64,000 nucleotides of DNA, taken from Acidimicrobiales bacterium. GTDB lineage: Bacteria; Actinomycetota; Acidimicrobiia; Acidimicrobiales; Aldehydirespiratoraceae. Positions 39,353 through 49,538 of this stretch are shown in pieces (position 1 is the first letter of the stretch; each line of letters starts with the position of its first letter). A program made the translations under genes and the position numbers. Location: positions 1,400,880 to 1,464,879 of the forward strand of contig OY730477.1 in NCBI GenBank assembly GCA_963422745.1, written 5' to 3'. The notes below the pieces were generated by a model. The model was not told the origin of the DNA. It worked only from the letters and a program-made list of their open reading frames with translations, and made no database searches.

Positions 39353-39727
39353 ATGCCTCTTCAACAGCTCACTGATACCGCAACTAGAATCGCCGCCATG
39401 CCCGCGTGTGAATTGACTGGCCAAGATCTGTTGGGTGATGCCGCACGCCGGGCCGTGTTGGCCAAGGCGGCCGAGGTTCGCCGGGTCCGATCCGATCTCG
39501 CTCGAAGGCTCGCAGCGGGCCTGCTGAGACTGTCGGACTTGCTCGGCGAGGCGCAAAACGATTACACGATCGGCGAGACCAAGGTGCTAACCGTTCTTGA
39601 GGAACTGCCCGAAGTGGGCAAGGTACAGGCCCGTCGGGCGATGGAACGTATCGGCATCGAAAAGAACTGTCGGTTGGCGGGTCTCGGGGCCAGCAAGCGA
39701 ACCGAGCTGATTGACACGTTTGGGTAG
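39353..39727 (+). CDS. mihF: integration host factor mIHF (actinobacterial)
   Basis: RRAVLAKAAEVRRVRSDLARRL...KVLTVLEELPEVGKVQARRAMERIGI...RLAGLG..KRTELIDTFG parallels M. tuberculosis mIHF. ATG 39398 is an alternative start. Confidence 0.85.
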   Translation: MPLQQLTDTATRIAAMPACELTGQDLLGDAARRAVLAKAAEVRRVRSDLARRLAAGLLRLSDLLGEAQNDYTIGETKVLTVLEELPEVGKVQARRAMERIGIEKNCRLAGLGASKRTELIDTFG

Positions 39728-39730
39728 CCA

Positions 39731-40294
39731 ATGTCGCTAGATGCCCGTGTCGTGATCGTCATTTCTGGTCCCGGAGGTGTCGGTAAGGGCACGATCGTGT
39801 CGCACCTGCTTGATAGCGACCCGAAACTTTGGCTGTCACGCAGTTGGACGACCCGTCCCCGAAGGCCTGAAGAGCCCCATGATGCCTATCACTTCACCAC
39901 CCGTGAAAGGTTTCATCGACATATCAACGACGGTGGTTTCTTGGAATGGGTCGAGTTTCTTGACTATCACCAAGGCACGCCGGTGCCGGACCCGCCGAGT
40001 GGACACGACGCCATCTTTGAGATTGATGTCCAAGGTGCGTCCGAGGTCGTCAAACAATATCCCGACGCCTTGTTGATCTTCATCGATGCGCCCAGCCGTG
40101 TCGACCAGGAACAACGAATGCGAACAAGGGGCGACCCCGATGACACGGTTGCCAAACGTCTAGCCAAAGCAGCCGAGGAAGTTGCGATGGCCGAGCGGCT
40201 CGGCGCGGTTGTCGTCATCAACGATGACCTACGCAGAGCTGTCGCTGAGGTGCAATGCCTGATAGACCGCCGACGTTGCCGGGCGGTGCGGTGA
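39731..40294 (+). CDS. gmk: guanylate kinase
   Basis: P-loop ISGPGGVGKGTI, SRSWTTRPRRPEE, and FLEWVEF. Confidence 0.93.
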   Translation: MSLDARVVIVISGPGGVGKGTIVSHLLDSDPKLWLSRSWTTRPRRPEEPHDAYHFTTRERFHRHINDGGFLEWVEFLDYHQGTPVPDPPSGHDAIFEIDVQGASEVVKQYPDALLIFIDAPSRVDQEQRMRTRGDPDDTVAKRLAKAAEEVAMAERLGAVVVINDDLRRAVAEVQCLIDRRRCRAVR

Positions 40295-40332
40295 TAGCCT
40301 GGCGTGCCGTTCGATCATGGAGATAACCGCAC

Positions 40333-40638
40333 ATGGTGCACGGATACGACACGATGATGAAGCCCTCGATTGAGGAGTTGCTTGACAAGACCGGATCGAA
40401 ATTCGAGTTGGTGACGTTGGCGGCAAAACGAAGCCGGGCCATCACCGAATATCTCGGTCAGCTCGGTCAGGGCATAGGTACCAGCGTGCCACCGCAGGTA
40501 ACCTCCACGTCCTCCAAGCCGCTGTCTATCGCCTTGGAGGAAATCTCGGTCGACAAGATCATCCCGGCCAGACTTGTTGCCGATGCTGTGACCGAGGGTT
40601 TGTCTGTCGCCGAACCAGACGGTGACGACGCAGCCTGA
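40333..40638 (+). CDS. rpoZ: DNA-directed RNA polymerase subunit omega
   Basis: SIEELLDKTGSKFELVTLAAKRSRAI and KPLSIALEEI parallel mycobacterial RpoZ. Confidence 0.9.
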   Translation: MVHGYDTMMKPSIEELLDKTGSKFELVTLAAKRSRAITEYLGQLGQGIGTSVPPQVTSTSSKPLSIALEEISVDKIIPARLVADAVTEGLSVAEPDGDDAA

Positions 40639-41863
40639 ACCTCACACGATGGGTCCACTCGACGGCCGCCGTATCGTCCTCGGCGTGACCGGGGGTATTG
40701 CGGCCTACAAGGCGGTTGAGGTGTGTCGGCGACTCGTTGATGCTGGTGCCCATGTAACGCCGATTCTCACCCCGGCGAGCCGTCGAATGGTCGGCGAGGC
40801 CACGTTCTCGGCATTGGCAAGCGAGTCTGTACGCATCTCGTTGTTCGACGACCCGGTGTCCGCGATTCCTCACACCGAGATGGGCCGGAGTGCCGATCTC
40901 GTTGTGGTATGCCCAGCCGGAGCGCGGGTCCTCAGCGATATGCGTACCTCCCGCGGAAGCGACCTGCTAACGGCCACGATCCTCGCCACGACCGCTCCCG
41001 TTTTGGTATGCCCGGCTATGCACACAGAGATGTGGGAGCAGCCCGGCGTTCAAGAAAATCTTGCTGTTCTCGCCCAACGAGGGGTGCACATCGTTGCTCC
41101 CGAGACCGGACGCCTTGCCGGAGGCGATGTCGGCGCCGGACGGCTCGCCGAGCCGTCCACAGTGATTGAAGCGGTGTTTGCGACCCTTCGTTTGGGTGAG
41201 CTTTCAGGATCGAAAGTGCTGGTCACTGCGGGAGGAACCCGAGAACCGATTGATGCGGTGCGCTATGTCGGCAATCGGTCGTCGGGACGGCAGGGGCACG
41301 CACTCGCCGCTGAAGCAGCGGCACGAAGCGCAGACGTGGTCTTGGTCACGACCCGCTCGCAAACCGCGCCGTCAGGGGTGCGTGTCCTGGGTGTGGAGAC
41401 AGCCGCCGAAATGGCGAAAGTGTGTGAACTAGAAGCCCCCAGCGCACAAATTGTGGTGATGGCGGCAGCGGTGGCCGACTTCCGGCCAGATAGTTTCGTT
41501 GTGGAGAAACTCAAAAAGCACGAAGGTGCACCCCAAGTCGTGTTGGTGCCCACCATCGACATTCTCGCTGCTTTGGGCAAGGCCAAGCCCGCCGGACAGA
41601 TCCTCGTCGGCTTCGCCGCTGAAACGGAAAACCTGATCGCAAACGCAAAGGCCAAACTGGTCGACAAGAACTTGGATCTCGTTGTTGCCAACGATGTATC
41701 CAAGCCATGTGTGGGCTTCGAGCACAGGACCAACGAGGTCGTGATCCTCAAGGGTGACGGTTCGCGCCATGATGTCGGATTGTGCGACAAGCGTGATGTC
41801 GCCCGGGCTGTGTTCGACGCTGCGCTCGGTCACCCAATCCGATGCCCCAAGGAGCACTTGTGA
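40622..41863 (+). CDS. coaBC: bifunctional phosphopantothenoylcysteine decarboxylase / phosphopantothenate--cysteine ligase
   Basis: [18 protein letters not shown] flavoprotein domain and the C-terminal ligase domain ([22 protein letters not shown]). 413 aa. Confidence 0.93.
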   Translation: MTTQPEPHTMGPLDGRRIVLGVTGGIAAYKAVEVCRRLVDAGAHVTPILTPASRRMVGEATFSALASESVRISLFDDPVSAIPHTEMGRSADLVVVCPAGARVLSDMRTSRGSDLLTATILATTAPVLVCPAMHTEMWEQPGVQENLAVLAQRGVHIVAPETGRLAGGDVGAGRLAEPSTVIEAVFATLRLGELSGSKVLVTAGGTREPIDAVRYVGNRSSGRQGHALAAEAAARSADVVLVTTRSQTAPSGVRVLGVETAAEMAKVCELEAPSAQIVVMAAAVADFRPDSFVVEKLKKHEGAPQVVLVPTIDILAALGKAKPAGQILVGFAAETENLIANAKAKLVDKNLDLVVANDVSKPCVGFEHRTNEVVILKGDGSRHDVGLCDKRDVARAVFDAALGHPIRCPKEHL

Positions 41864-43080
41864 GCAACTATTCCTTCACCTCCGAGAGCGTGACCGAGGG
41901 GCATCCCGACAAGATGGCCGATCAAATCTCAGACGCCATCCTTGATGCCATCCTCGAAACGGACGTCGCTGGCAACCCTGCGAAGCCCAGCCGCGTTGCA
42001 TGCGAGACGCTCTTGACCACGGGCCTTGTGATCGTCGCCGGGGAGATCACTACCGAAGCCTACGTTGACATTCCCGGCACGGTCCGCAACACCATCACCA
42101 AGATTGGATACGACTGCGAGTCGTTGGGTTTCGATGGTGCCACCTGCGGTGTCATGATCGCCATCGGCGAACAGTCTGGTGACATCGCCGATGCCGTCGA
42201 ACGCTCCGATGAAGCGCGTCGCGGAACCGCTGCGGACCCATCTGATGAACAGGGTGCAGGCGACCAGGGAATGATGTTCGGATACGCCTGCGATGAGACC
42301 AACTCACTGATGCCGCTGCCAATCCATCTGGCTCACCGGCTCGCCGAAAGGCACGCTGAGGTTCGAAAGGCAGGATCCATCCCTTACCTGCGCCCCGATG
42401 CGAAGACACAGGTCACGTTTGTATACGAAAATCACCGTCCGGTACGGCTGCAAACCGTGGTGGTGTCCACTCAGCACAGCGACGGCATCAACCGTGACAC
42501 CATGATCAACCCGGATGTGATCGAGCACATAATCCGCCCAGTGATCCCCGAACGGTTCGGGTTTCCCAACGTTGACTACAAGGTTCTTGTCAACCCGTCG
42601 GGTTCTTTCGTCAAGGGCGGCCCGGCCGCAGATGCAGGGCTCACCGGGCGCAAGATCATCGTCGACACCTACGGTGGCATGGCCCGCCATGGTGGAGGTG
42701 CCTTCTCCGGCAAGGATCCCTCCAAGGTTGACCGTTCGGCCTCATACGCTGCCCGTTGGGTGGCCAAGAATCTCGTAGCTGCCGGTGCCGCCCAACGTTG
42801 CGAGGTTCAGGTCGCCTACGCCATCGGAGTGGCGACTCCGGTATCGGTACTGATCGCTACTTTTGGCACCGAGACGGTCTCCCCAGAGGCCATCTCCGAG
42901 GCTGTCCGTGAGGTCTTCGACCTGAGACCAGCGGCAATCGTGAAACGTCTTGATCTGCATCGCCCGATTTACGGACCGACCGCCGCATACGGCCACTTCG
43001 GTCGGGAACCCGAGAAAGGTTTCTTTCCGTGGGAAAAGCTCGACCGAGTTGACGAGCTGAAATCCGCACTGAGACTCTGA
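41860..43080 (+). CDS. metK: S-adenosylmethionine synthase
   Basis: [36 protein letters not shown] and [20 protein letters not shown] 41860 overlaps the coaBC stop and has AAGGAG 5 nt upstream. Confidence 0.97.
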   Translation: MSNYSFTSESVTEGHPDKMADQISDAILDAILETDVAGNPAKPSRVACETLLTTGLVIVAGEITTEAYVDIPGTVRNTITKIGYDCESLGFDGATCGVMIAIGEQSGDIADAVERSDEARRGTAADPSDEQGAGDQGMMFGYACDETNSLMPLPIHLAHRLAERHAEVRKAGSIPYLRPDAKTQVTFVYENHRPVRLQTVVVSTQHSDGINRDTMINPDVIEHIIRPVIPERFGFPNVDYKVLVNPSGSFVKGGPAADAGLTGRKIIVDTYGGMARHGGGAFSGKDPSKVDRSASYAARWVAKNLVAAGAAQRCEVQVAYAIGVATPVSVLIATFGTETVSPEAISEAVREVFDLRPAAIVKRLDLHRPIYGPTAAYGHFGREPEKGFFPWEKLDRVDELKSALRL

Positions 43081-43197
43081 GTGACGGCGAAGGGTTGGGT
43101 CGCTTTGATGATCCACTTGTGGTGGCCACCAATCAGCCGATGATCCAGGATTGCCCGGATCCTCAGATGATGGTGTCGTCAAGGTTGTGGGGTTTGA

Positions 43198-44988
43198 GTG
43201 AGCCGCCCGAATAACAGTCCGGGTACGAAACACAATCAGTTGTCTGCTGTATCGGGTCCCAAGGTGGTTCGCGTGCTGCCTGATGTGATCCGACTCAACA
43301 GAGAATTCGACTACCTGGTTCCTGTCGGCTGGGAATCCGACGGGCGAGCCGATCGCCTGGAAGTTGGGTCGATGGTGCGTGTGGTGCTGGCGGGGCGCCG
43401 CGTGGCTGGCTGGATCACCGCCATCAACCCAGAGCCACCTCCCGGAATTGAGTTGGCACCGTTGGCGCATCTCACCGGCATGGGTCCCTCCAACGAGCTC
43501 GTCGAACTTGCCGAATGGGCTGCGTGGCGCTGGGCCGGCAAACGAGCCCATTTCCTTCGTGCTGCCTCACCGGGGAGGGTTGTTACCACAGCCGCCGCAA
43601 GGTCATCTCCAACGCGGCGGCAGCTACAACCCCAGCGTACTGAAATGTTTAACAAGGCATTTGAGCTCGGCACCGCGGTGGTGAGTGTTCCGCCCGACGA
43701 CGACAGCTTCGCTTTGGCCCTGGCGGCGTGCCAGCTGGGTGATGCCTTGATCCTTGTTCCCGACGCCAGCCACGCACGTAGTCTTGCTCGTGCCCTGAAA
43801 CGGTCCGGGGTGACGGTGGCTGCGGGGATGAACGAATGGGCGAAGGCCGCAGCCGGGGCGACGGTAGTCGGCACACGGCCAGCAGCGTGGGCCCCGATGC
43901 CAAGGCTCGCGGCGGTCGTGGTGATTGACGAGCACGACGAGCGATTCAAGACCCAGAGCACCCCTTCGTGGCATGCCCGTGACGTGGCCGTCGAACGTGC
44001 CCGGCGCCGAGGTGTACCGAGCGTCATGTCCGGATCGGTCCCCTCACTGGAGGCCTTACGGCTCGGGGCTTTGTTGCGTCCCGAGCGGTCGATCGAACGC
44101 GCAGGTTGGCCCAAGGTGAAAGTGTTCGACCGACGATCCGACGACCCGGTGAAACGTGGGCTGTTCTCGGAGCATCTGGGTCCACTGCTGCGCGGCAACG
44201 GCAAGGTTGTATGCATCCTGAACCGCAAGGGACGATCTCGGCTGCTTGCCTGTGCGCAGTGCGGGGAGCTGGTGCGCAGCATCGACGGCAACTCGACGAT
44301 GCTGATCATTGATGACGAGTTGCGCACCCCCGACGGTAGCGAGCGCCGCCCCATTGTCTGTATTAGCTGCGGTGCGACATCTCTGAAGAACCTTCGTGTA
44401 GGCGTTGTGCGAGCCGCAGAGGAGCTGGCTGCATTGGTGTCTGAGCCCGTCGGAGAGATAACCGACAAGACCTCAGACATTCCGCCTCAACGGGTGCTCA
44501 TCGGTACCGAGGCGGCGCTTTATCGGGTCCGTTCCGCGGAGGTTGTGGTTTTCTTGGATCTTGATCAAGAGTTGACTGCGGTGCGTCAACGTGCTTGGGA
44601 ACAGGCATTGGTTTTGCTTGCGCGAGCAGCTCGAATCCTCGGACCCCGATCCGGGTCAGGGCAACTGGTGTTGCAGACCAGACAACCCGAACACGAGGTT
44701 GTGCAGGCAGCCTTGCGGGGCAACCCGTTGCTGCTTGCCGTGGCCGAACGAGATCGTCGAAAGAGCCTCGGCATTGCCCCATACGGAGCCCAGGTCTTGG
44801 TGAAGGGTGCCGGATCGGCGGAGTTCATGACGTCGTTCGGCGAGCCTGAAGGTGTACGCATCATGGGTTCACAACGCGACGGGTGGTTGTTGCGCGCATC
44901 CGAGCATGCGCCGATTCTCGATGCTGTGAAAAGAACTCGCCTGCCTCCGTCTCGGGTTCGGATCGAGGTTGATCCGCTACGGGTTTGA
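43198..44988 (+). CDS. priA: primosomal protein N' (PriA) homologue, Walker A absent
   Basis: N-terminal FDYLVP...G..V.V.L.GRRV.GWI, motif II VVVIDEHDERFK, and a Cys-rich zinc region (CAQCG...CISCG). There is no GxGKT/S anywhere in the ORF. Confidence 0.85.
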   Translation: MSRPNNSPGTKHNQLSAVSGPKVVRVLPDVIRLNREFDYLVPVGWESDGRADRLEVGSMVRVVLAGRRVAGWITAINPEPPPGIELAPLAHLTGMGPSNELVELAEWAAWRWAGKRAHFLRAASPGRVVTTAAARSSPTRRQLQPQRTEMFNKAFELGTAVVSVPPDDDSFALALAACQLGDALILVPDASHARSLARALKRSGVTVAAGMNEWAKAAAGATVVGTRPAAWAPMPRLAAVVVIDEHDERFKTQSTPSWHARDVAVERARRRGVPSVMSGSVPSLEALRLGALLRPERSIERAGWPKVKVFDRRSDDPVKRGLFSEHLGPLLRGNGKVVCILNRKGRSRLLACAQCGELVRSIDGNSTMLIIDDELRTPDGSERRPIVCISCGATSLKNLRVGVVRAAEELAALVSEPVGEITDKTSDIPPQRVLIGTEAALYRVRSAEVVVFLDLDQELTAVRQRAWEQALVLLARAARILGPRSGSGQLVLQTRQPEHEVVQAALRGNPLLLAVAERDRRKSLGIAPYGAQVLVKGAGSAEFMTSFGEPEGVRIMGSQRDGWLLRASEHAPILDAVKRTRLPPSRVRIEVDPLRV

Positions 44989-45856
44989 GCGATGCCGGAA
45001 TTGTTTGAGACTTTGGCAGTGGTCTTCGGGATCGTCCGAAGTCGCCGTTACCGCCGAATTCAGGCAGAATAACGACGTGACCGATCGCGTCCGGCTTGAG
45101 ATCGAAAGCAACATTGCCACGATCGTCAACAACAACCCCGACAAGCACAACGCCTTTGACGATGAGATGGACATTCGCCTGTTCGAGATCTTCGACGAAT
45201 TGATTTCCACGCCCACCGTAAAGGCGATCGTCTGGCGCGGCGAAGGCAGGTCATGGTCTTCGGGTCGTGATGTTGCCGCTATCGGCACGAACCTAACCGA
45301 GTTGACCCATCACGAACTCATGATCAGGGGACACAAAGGCATCCAGAAGGTCTGGGAGCTTGAGGCTCCGATCATTGTCGCTATCCAAGGATGGGCGCTG
45401 GGCGGGTCGTTTCAGCGGGCCCTCATGTGTGATATCCGCATCGCTGCCGATGACGCGCGGTTCATGATGCCCGAAGTTGGCCACGGGGTCATTCCGGATA
45501 CGGGCGGGGTGAGCGTCCTGCACGCCATGTGCGGTCCGGGCCTGGTTGCGGACATGGTGCTGACAGGGCGGACACTGTCTGCCGCTGAGGCGTTGGGATA
45601 CGGAATTGTCAGTCGGGTCGTGACAGCCGATGATCTATTGGATACCGCATACGCCATGGCCTCAAAGATTGCTGCAGCCCCAGCGGTAACGGTGAAGTTG
45701 GCTCGCCGGGTGATCTCGCACCTCAACCGACCCGCTGTGCGGTCCTCAATGGACGACGAATTGATTTATCAGACCTTTCTCAACCGTTCCGACGATTTCG
45801 CTGAGTTCAAAGCAGCCAGAGCCGAGAACCGAGCGCCGCATTACCGCGGATCATGA
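44969..45856 (+). CDS. enoyl-CoA hydratase/isomerase (crotonase) family protein
   Basis: NNNPDKHNAFD, GGSFQRALMCDIRIAADDARFMMPEVGHGVIPDTGG. The start is uncertain: TTG 44969 lies inside priA, and GTG 45077 (VTDRVRLEIE...) is a plausible start. Confidence 0.85.
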   Translation: MIRYGFERCRNCLRLWQWSSGSSEVAVTAEFRQNNDVTDRVRLEIESNIATIVNNNPDKHNAFDDEMDIRLFEIFDELISTPTVKAIVWRGEGRSWSSGRDVAAIGTNLTELTHHELMIRGHKGIQKVWELEAPIIVAIQGWALGGSFQRALMCDIRIAADDARFMMPEVGHGVIPDTGGVSVLHAMCGPGLVADMVLTGRTLSAAEALGYGIVSRVVTADDLLDTAYAMASKIAAAPAVTVKLARRVISHLNRPAVRSSMDDELIYQTFLNRSDDFAEFKAARAENRAPHYRGS

Positions 45857-46749
45857 GCAACCACTTCGCTGCACCCGGACTTCGCAAACCCCCGTCCGAA
45901 GGTGCCTCGGCTCTGCCAGCGGGCACCTTCGTGGACACGTCTGTGTTCATCACCGGTGGCGGAACGGGGTTAGGCAAGGCCATAGCCTTGGAGTTCGCCC
46001 GGCTCGGGGCTCGCATCGTGATCGCCAGCCGCAATGTCGACCATCTCGCAGCTGGACGCAAAGCGATTGAGGCGACAGGTGCGGAGGTCGTCGCCGTCGT
46101 CTGTGACATTCGCAACCCCACCGAAATAGCCGCCGCATTTGACGAGGCCGAAGCCACGTTCGGTTCACCTGAAGTGCTCATCAACAACGCAGCTGCGAAC
46201 TTTCCGGTGCTGGCGGAGGACCTATCGCCCAACGGGTGGCGAACCATCGTTGATATCACGCTCAACGGCACGTTCTTCGTTTCGCGTGAGTTCGCCCGAC
46301 GCCACATCGCTGCGGGTACACCGGCGGGGATCGTGAACATCGGAGCGAGTTACGCCTGGACGGGTGGCCCGGGCTTTGCGCACTCCGCTGCTGCCAAGGC
46401 GGGTGTGAAGAATATGGTGGAGACCCTGTCCGTCGAATGGGCACCCTATGGGATCAACGTCAACGGTCTTGTGCCCGGATTGATCCCACATGAGGACATG
46501 ACAGCCGACATCGTCAGCAGCCTGGCACGAGCCGATCCGGACAAGGATCGGCTTCAACCGGCGCTACGGGTGGGTACTTTACGTGAACTCGGTTGGGCGG
46601 CGACATTCCTCGCCAGCCCCTACGCACGGTTCATCACAGGCCACACGCTCGTGGTTGACGGAGCCAACTGGCAGCGTCGTGTCATGACCAATGCTCCGGT
46701 GGTACCGATCCGCCAGCAGATGCAAAAGGGTCCCTTCTCGCTGGACTGA
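45853..46749 (+). CDS. SDR-family oxidoreductase, 2,4-dienoyl-CoA reductase-like
   Basis: ITGGGTGLGKAIA Rossmann motif, NNAAANF, and a HSAAAKAG active-site region. ATGA overlap with the crotonase gene. Confidence 0.85.
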   Translation: MSNHFAAPGLRKPPSEGASALPAGTFVDTSVFITGGGTGLGKAIALEFARLGARIVIASRNVDHLAAGRKAIEATGAEVVAVVCDIRNPTEIAAAFDEAEATFGSPEVLINNAAANFPVLAEDLSPNGWRTIVDITLNGTFFVSREFARRHIAAGTPAGIVNIGASYAWTGGPGFAHSAAAKAGVKNMVETLSVEWAPYGINVNGLVPGLIPHEDMTADIVSSLARADPDKDRLQPALRVGTLRELGWAATFLASPYARFITGHTLVVDGANWQRRVMTNAPVVPIRQQMQKGPFSLD

Positions 46750-46787
46750 CTTCTGGTGTGTTTGTGCGGATCACCGGTTCGGGCCGA

Positions 46788-46910
46788 TTCTTTGCGACAC
46801 TAACAAGACTGCCTCCATTGGACGCTTCAAAGGCTCAACTTCCTTGCGGGTTCATCTTCTTTGCGACATTCGACCCGACTCGCGCTATTGGATGCTTCAA
46901 AGGCTCATCT
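46788..46910 (+). repeat. 69/70-bp direct repeat, 2 copies, upstream of def
   Basis: TTCTTTGCGACA occurs at 46788 and 46857, and ATTGGAYGCTTCAAAGGCTCA at 46817 and 46887. The middle of each unit is divergent. Confidence 0.8.
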
Positions 46911-46939
46911 GAGACCTCGATCGTCGGTAGTCTGGGGAC

Positions 46940-47428
46940 ATGTCCGCATACGACATCCGAGTCATCGGTGACCCTGTGCTGCGCCGCCGAGCAAAGCCCG
47001 TGGTTGAGATCGATTCGAGACTGGTCGCGCTGGTCGACAACATGTTCGAAACGATGTATGAAGCCCCCGGTATTGGCTTGGCCGCACCACAGGTTGGTGT
47101 GCGGCGACGACTCTTCGTGTGGGACGTGGGCAACGGCCCGCGGGTCCTCATAAACCCTGAGATCGTAGAATCCGACGGTGAGTGGGTGTACCAAGAAGGA
47201 TGCCTGTCGGTTCCAGGACTGCTTTGGGATATCACACGACCCAAGACAGTTCACATAGTGGGCGAAGATCTTGACGGCAACGAGGTGTCATATGAGGCTG
47301 ATGAACTTGAAGCCCGCCTGTTCCAGCATGAGGTTGATCATCTCAACGGAACGCTTCTGATTGAACATCTCGACGACGACACCCGAAAGGCCGCGTTGGC
47401 GACGATTCGCGAACTCCGGTTGGGTTGA
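46940..47428 (+). CDS. def: peptide deformylase
   Basis: GIGLAAPQVG, EGCLSVPG and QHEVDHLNG metal-site motifs. Confidence 0.95.
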   Translation: MSAYDIRVIGDPVLRRRAKPVVEIDSRLVALVDNMFETMYEAPGIGLAAPQVGVRRRLFVWDVGNGPRVLINPEIVESDGEWVYQEGCLSVPGLLWDITRPKTVHIVGEDLDGNEVSYEADELEARLFQHEVDHLNGTLLIEHLDDDTRKAALATIRELRLG

Positions 47429-47505
47429 ATGCTCCACAGCTCCACGGTGCTGCTCACATCTTTGCGTCCCAACCCTTCTGGTTGCGTAACCACGGCGCAG
47501 GTTGC

Positions 47506-48420
47506 GTGACGGTCAAGCCGCCGGAGCGGATCAGCCGGATCGTCTATCTGGGCACGCCTGACTTCGCGGTGGCGCCCCTACGTGCACTGCACAACGCCGG
47601 CTACGAAATCGTGCTGGTTGTGTCGCGCGCCGACAAACGCAGAGGGCGTGGTCGCTCCACAGCACCTTCACCGGTGAAGGCCGCCGCGCTTGAACTGGGG
47701 CTGGCGGTCACTGACAACCTGGAAAGGCTCGCCGACACAAACGCCGACTTGGGCGTGGTGATCGCATATGGCGAAATTATCGGCGAGGACCTGCTCAACC
47801 GGTTGGCCTTCGTAAACACACATTTTTCTTTGTTGCCTCGCTGGCGTGGTGCCGCTCCGATCCAAAGGGCGATTCTCGAAGGCGACGATCGAACCGGTGT
47901 CTGTCTCATTGAGGTCACGCCTGAACTCGACAGCGGTGGGATTTATCGATGTGACGAGGTGACTATCGACCCTGACGAGACCCATGTTCAGCTACGTCGT
48001 AGCCTCGTTGAGGTCGGTACCCGCCAACTCATCGCCGCGCTGAGCAACGGGTTCGGGGACCCAGTGCCTCAGGTGGGCGAACCCGTCTACGCCGCAAAGA
48101 TATCCGCTGGCGAACGCGAGCTGGACTGGAACGAGAGCACCGAGAGAATCCATCGCCGAGTCCGCGTAGGTCGGGCATACACCGAGTTTCGTGGTCGCCG
48201 GCTGTTGATACACCGCACGAGCCGAGACGGGCTCGGGTCTGCACCATTGAGTCAGAAGCTACCCGCGCCCGGCGAGCTTGACGGAGTGATCGTGGGCACC
48301 GGCGACGGGATCCTCAAGTTGATCGAGGTTCAACCCGAAGGCAGGCCTCGCCTCAACGCGGTTGACTGGCACAAAGGTGCGAGACCAACAAACGTCGACC
48401 GCCTGGGGAAGTCGGATTGA
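47506..48420 (+). CDS. fmt: methionyl-tRNA formyltransferase
   Basis: RIVYLGTPDFAVAPLRAL, HFSLLPRWRGAAPIQRAI. GTG 47506 gives the usual N-terminus. The track ORF opens at TTG 47425, overlapping the def stop. Confidence 0.9.
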   Translation: MTVKPPERISRIVYLGTPDFAVAPLRALHNAGYEIVLVVSRADKRRGRGRSTAPSPVKAAALELGLAVTDNLERLADTNADLGVVIAYGEIIGEDLLNRLAFVNTHFSLLPRWRGAAPIQRAILEGDDRTGVCLIEVTPELDSGGIYRCDEVTIDPDETHVQLRRSLVEVGTRQLIAALSNGFGDPVPQVGEPVYAAKISAGERELDWNESTERIHRRVRVGRAYTEFRGRRLLIHRTSRDGLGSAPLSQKLPAPGELDGVIVGTGDGILKLIEVQPEGRPRLNAVDWHKGARPTNVDRLGKSD

Positions 48421-49538
48421 ACCACAGCCCCCGCCGGGTCGCAATTGAGGCGCTTGTTCGGATCAATGCAACCGATGCCTATGCCAACTTGGCGTTGCAG
48501 CGACTGATCGGTGATGCGGGGCTCAATGCCCGAGACCGACGATTCGTCACCATGCTCGTCTACGGAACGATTCGGATGGGTCGTGCCCTCGACCATGTTC
48601 TCAATCGTTTCCTGCACCGAGATCCGCCTCCGGTGGCGCGTGCTGCGCTGCGTATGGGTGCACATCAGATACTACATCTAGGGACCCCGCCGCATGCAGC
48701 CGTGGCCGCAACCGTCCAAGCCACACCCACTCACTATCGGGGTTTAGTCAATGCCATCCTGCGCAAGGTCGCCGTTGCTGAGAGTGAGGGCATAACCTAC
48801 CCGACGGTCGCGGTCGAATTGAGCTACCCAGACTGGATCGTCGAACGCCTTGAGACCGACCTGGGAACACAACGGGCCCGCGCCGCCCTTGAAACGATGA
48901 ACCGTCCAGCCCAAGTGCACCGACGAGACGACGGTTACGTGCAAGATCTGAGCGCGTCTCAGGTGGCCCAAGCCGTGCCCGTGCTGCCCGGTGATCGAGT
49001 GCTCGATCTGTGCGCAGCACCAGGCGGCAAGGCGACGGCTTTGGCGGGCTATGGGGCATGGGTAGTTGCAGGGGACCGGCATCGGGGCCGCGCAGGTCTC
49101 ATCGTCGCCAACCGGGACCACCTGGCACTCGACAACGTCCACGTCGTAGTCGGTGACGCGGCTGTGCCAGCGTTCGCGTCCGACTCGTTCGAGGCGGTCC
49201 TCGTCGACGCTCCCTGTTCAGGTCTGGGCGTGTTGCGACGACGCCCCGATGCTCGTTGGCGGATCACCGAAGCCGACATTGCTGAACTGGCGAGGCTGCA
49301 GCATCGAATCCTGGCCGCGGCGAGTTCGATCGTCCGCCCCGGTGGTTACCTCGTCTACAGCGTGTGCACCCTCACCCGAGCCGAGGCCGTTGATCCCGTG
49401 TCGGCAGTGCACAGCGACTTCGTTGCTCTCGGCCCGCCGGACAGTTCTTGGCAGCACCTCGACGGACCTTCTTATCTGTTGGCCCCCGACGACGACCATG
49501 ACGGCGTAGCTATCGCCCGCTGGCAGCGGCGGAGGTAG
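48417..49538 (+). CDS. rsmB: 16S rRNA (cytosine-C5)-methyltransferase RsmB/Sun family
   Basis: NusB-like N-terminus, DLCAAPGGKATALA SAM motif, and DAPCSGLGVLRRRPDARW and YSVCT catalytic cysteines. Confidence 0.9.
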   Translation: MNHSPRRVAIEALVRINATDAYANLALQRLIGDAGLNARDRRFVTMLVYGTIRMGRALDHVLNRFLHRDPPPVARAALRMGAHQILHLGTPPHAAVAATVQATPTHYRGLVNAILRKVAVAESEGITYPTVAVELSYPDWIVERLETDLGTQRARAALETMNRPAQVHRRDDGYVQDLSASQVAQAVPVLPGDRVLDLCAAPGGKATALAGYGAWVVAGDRHRGRAGLIVANRDHLALDNVHVVVGDAAVPAFASDSFEAVLVDAPCSGLGVLRRRPDARWRITEADIAELARLQHRILAAASSIVRPGGYLVYSVCTLTRAEAVDPVSAVHSDFVALGPPDSSWQHLDGPSYLLAPDDDHDGVAIARWQRRR

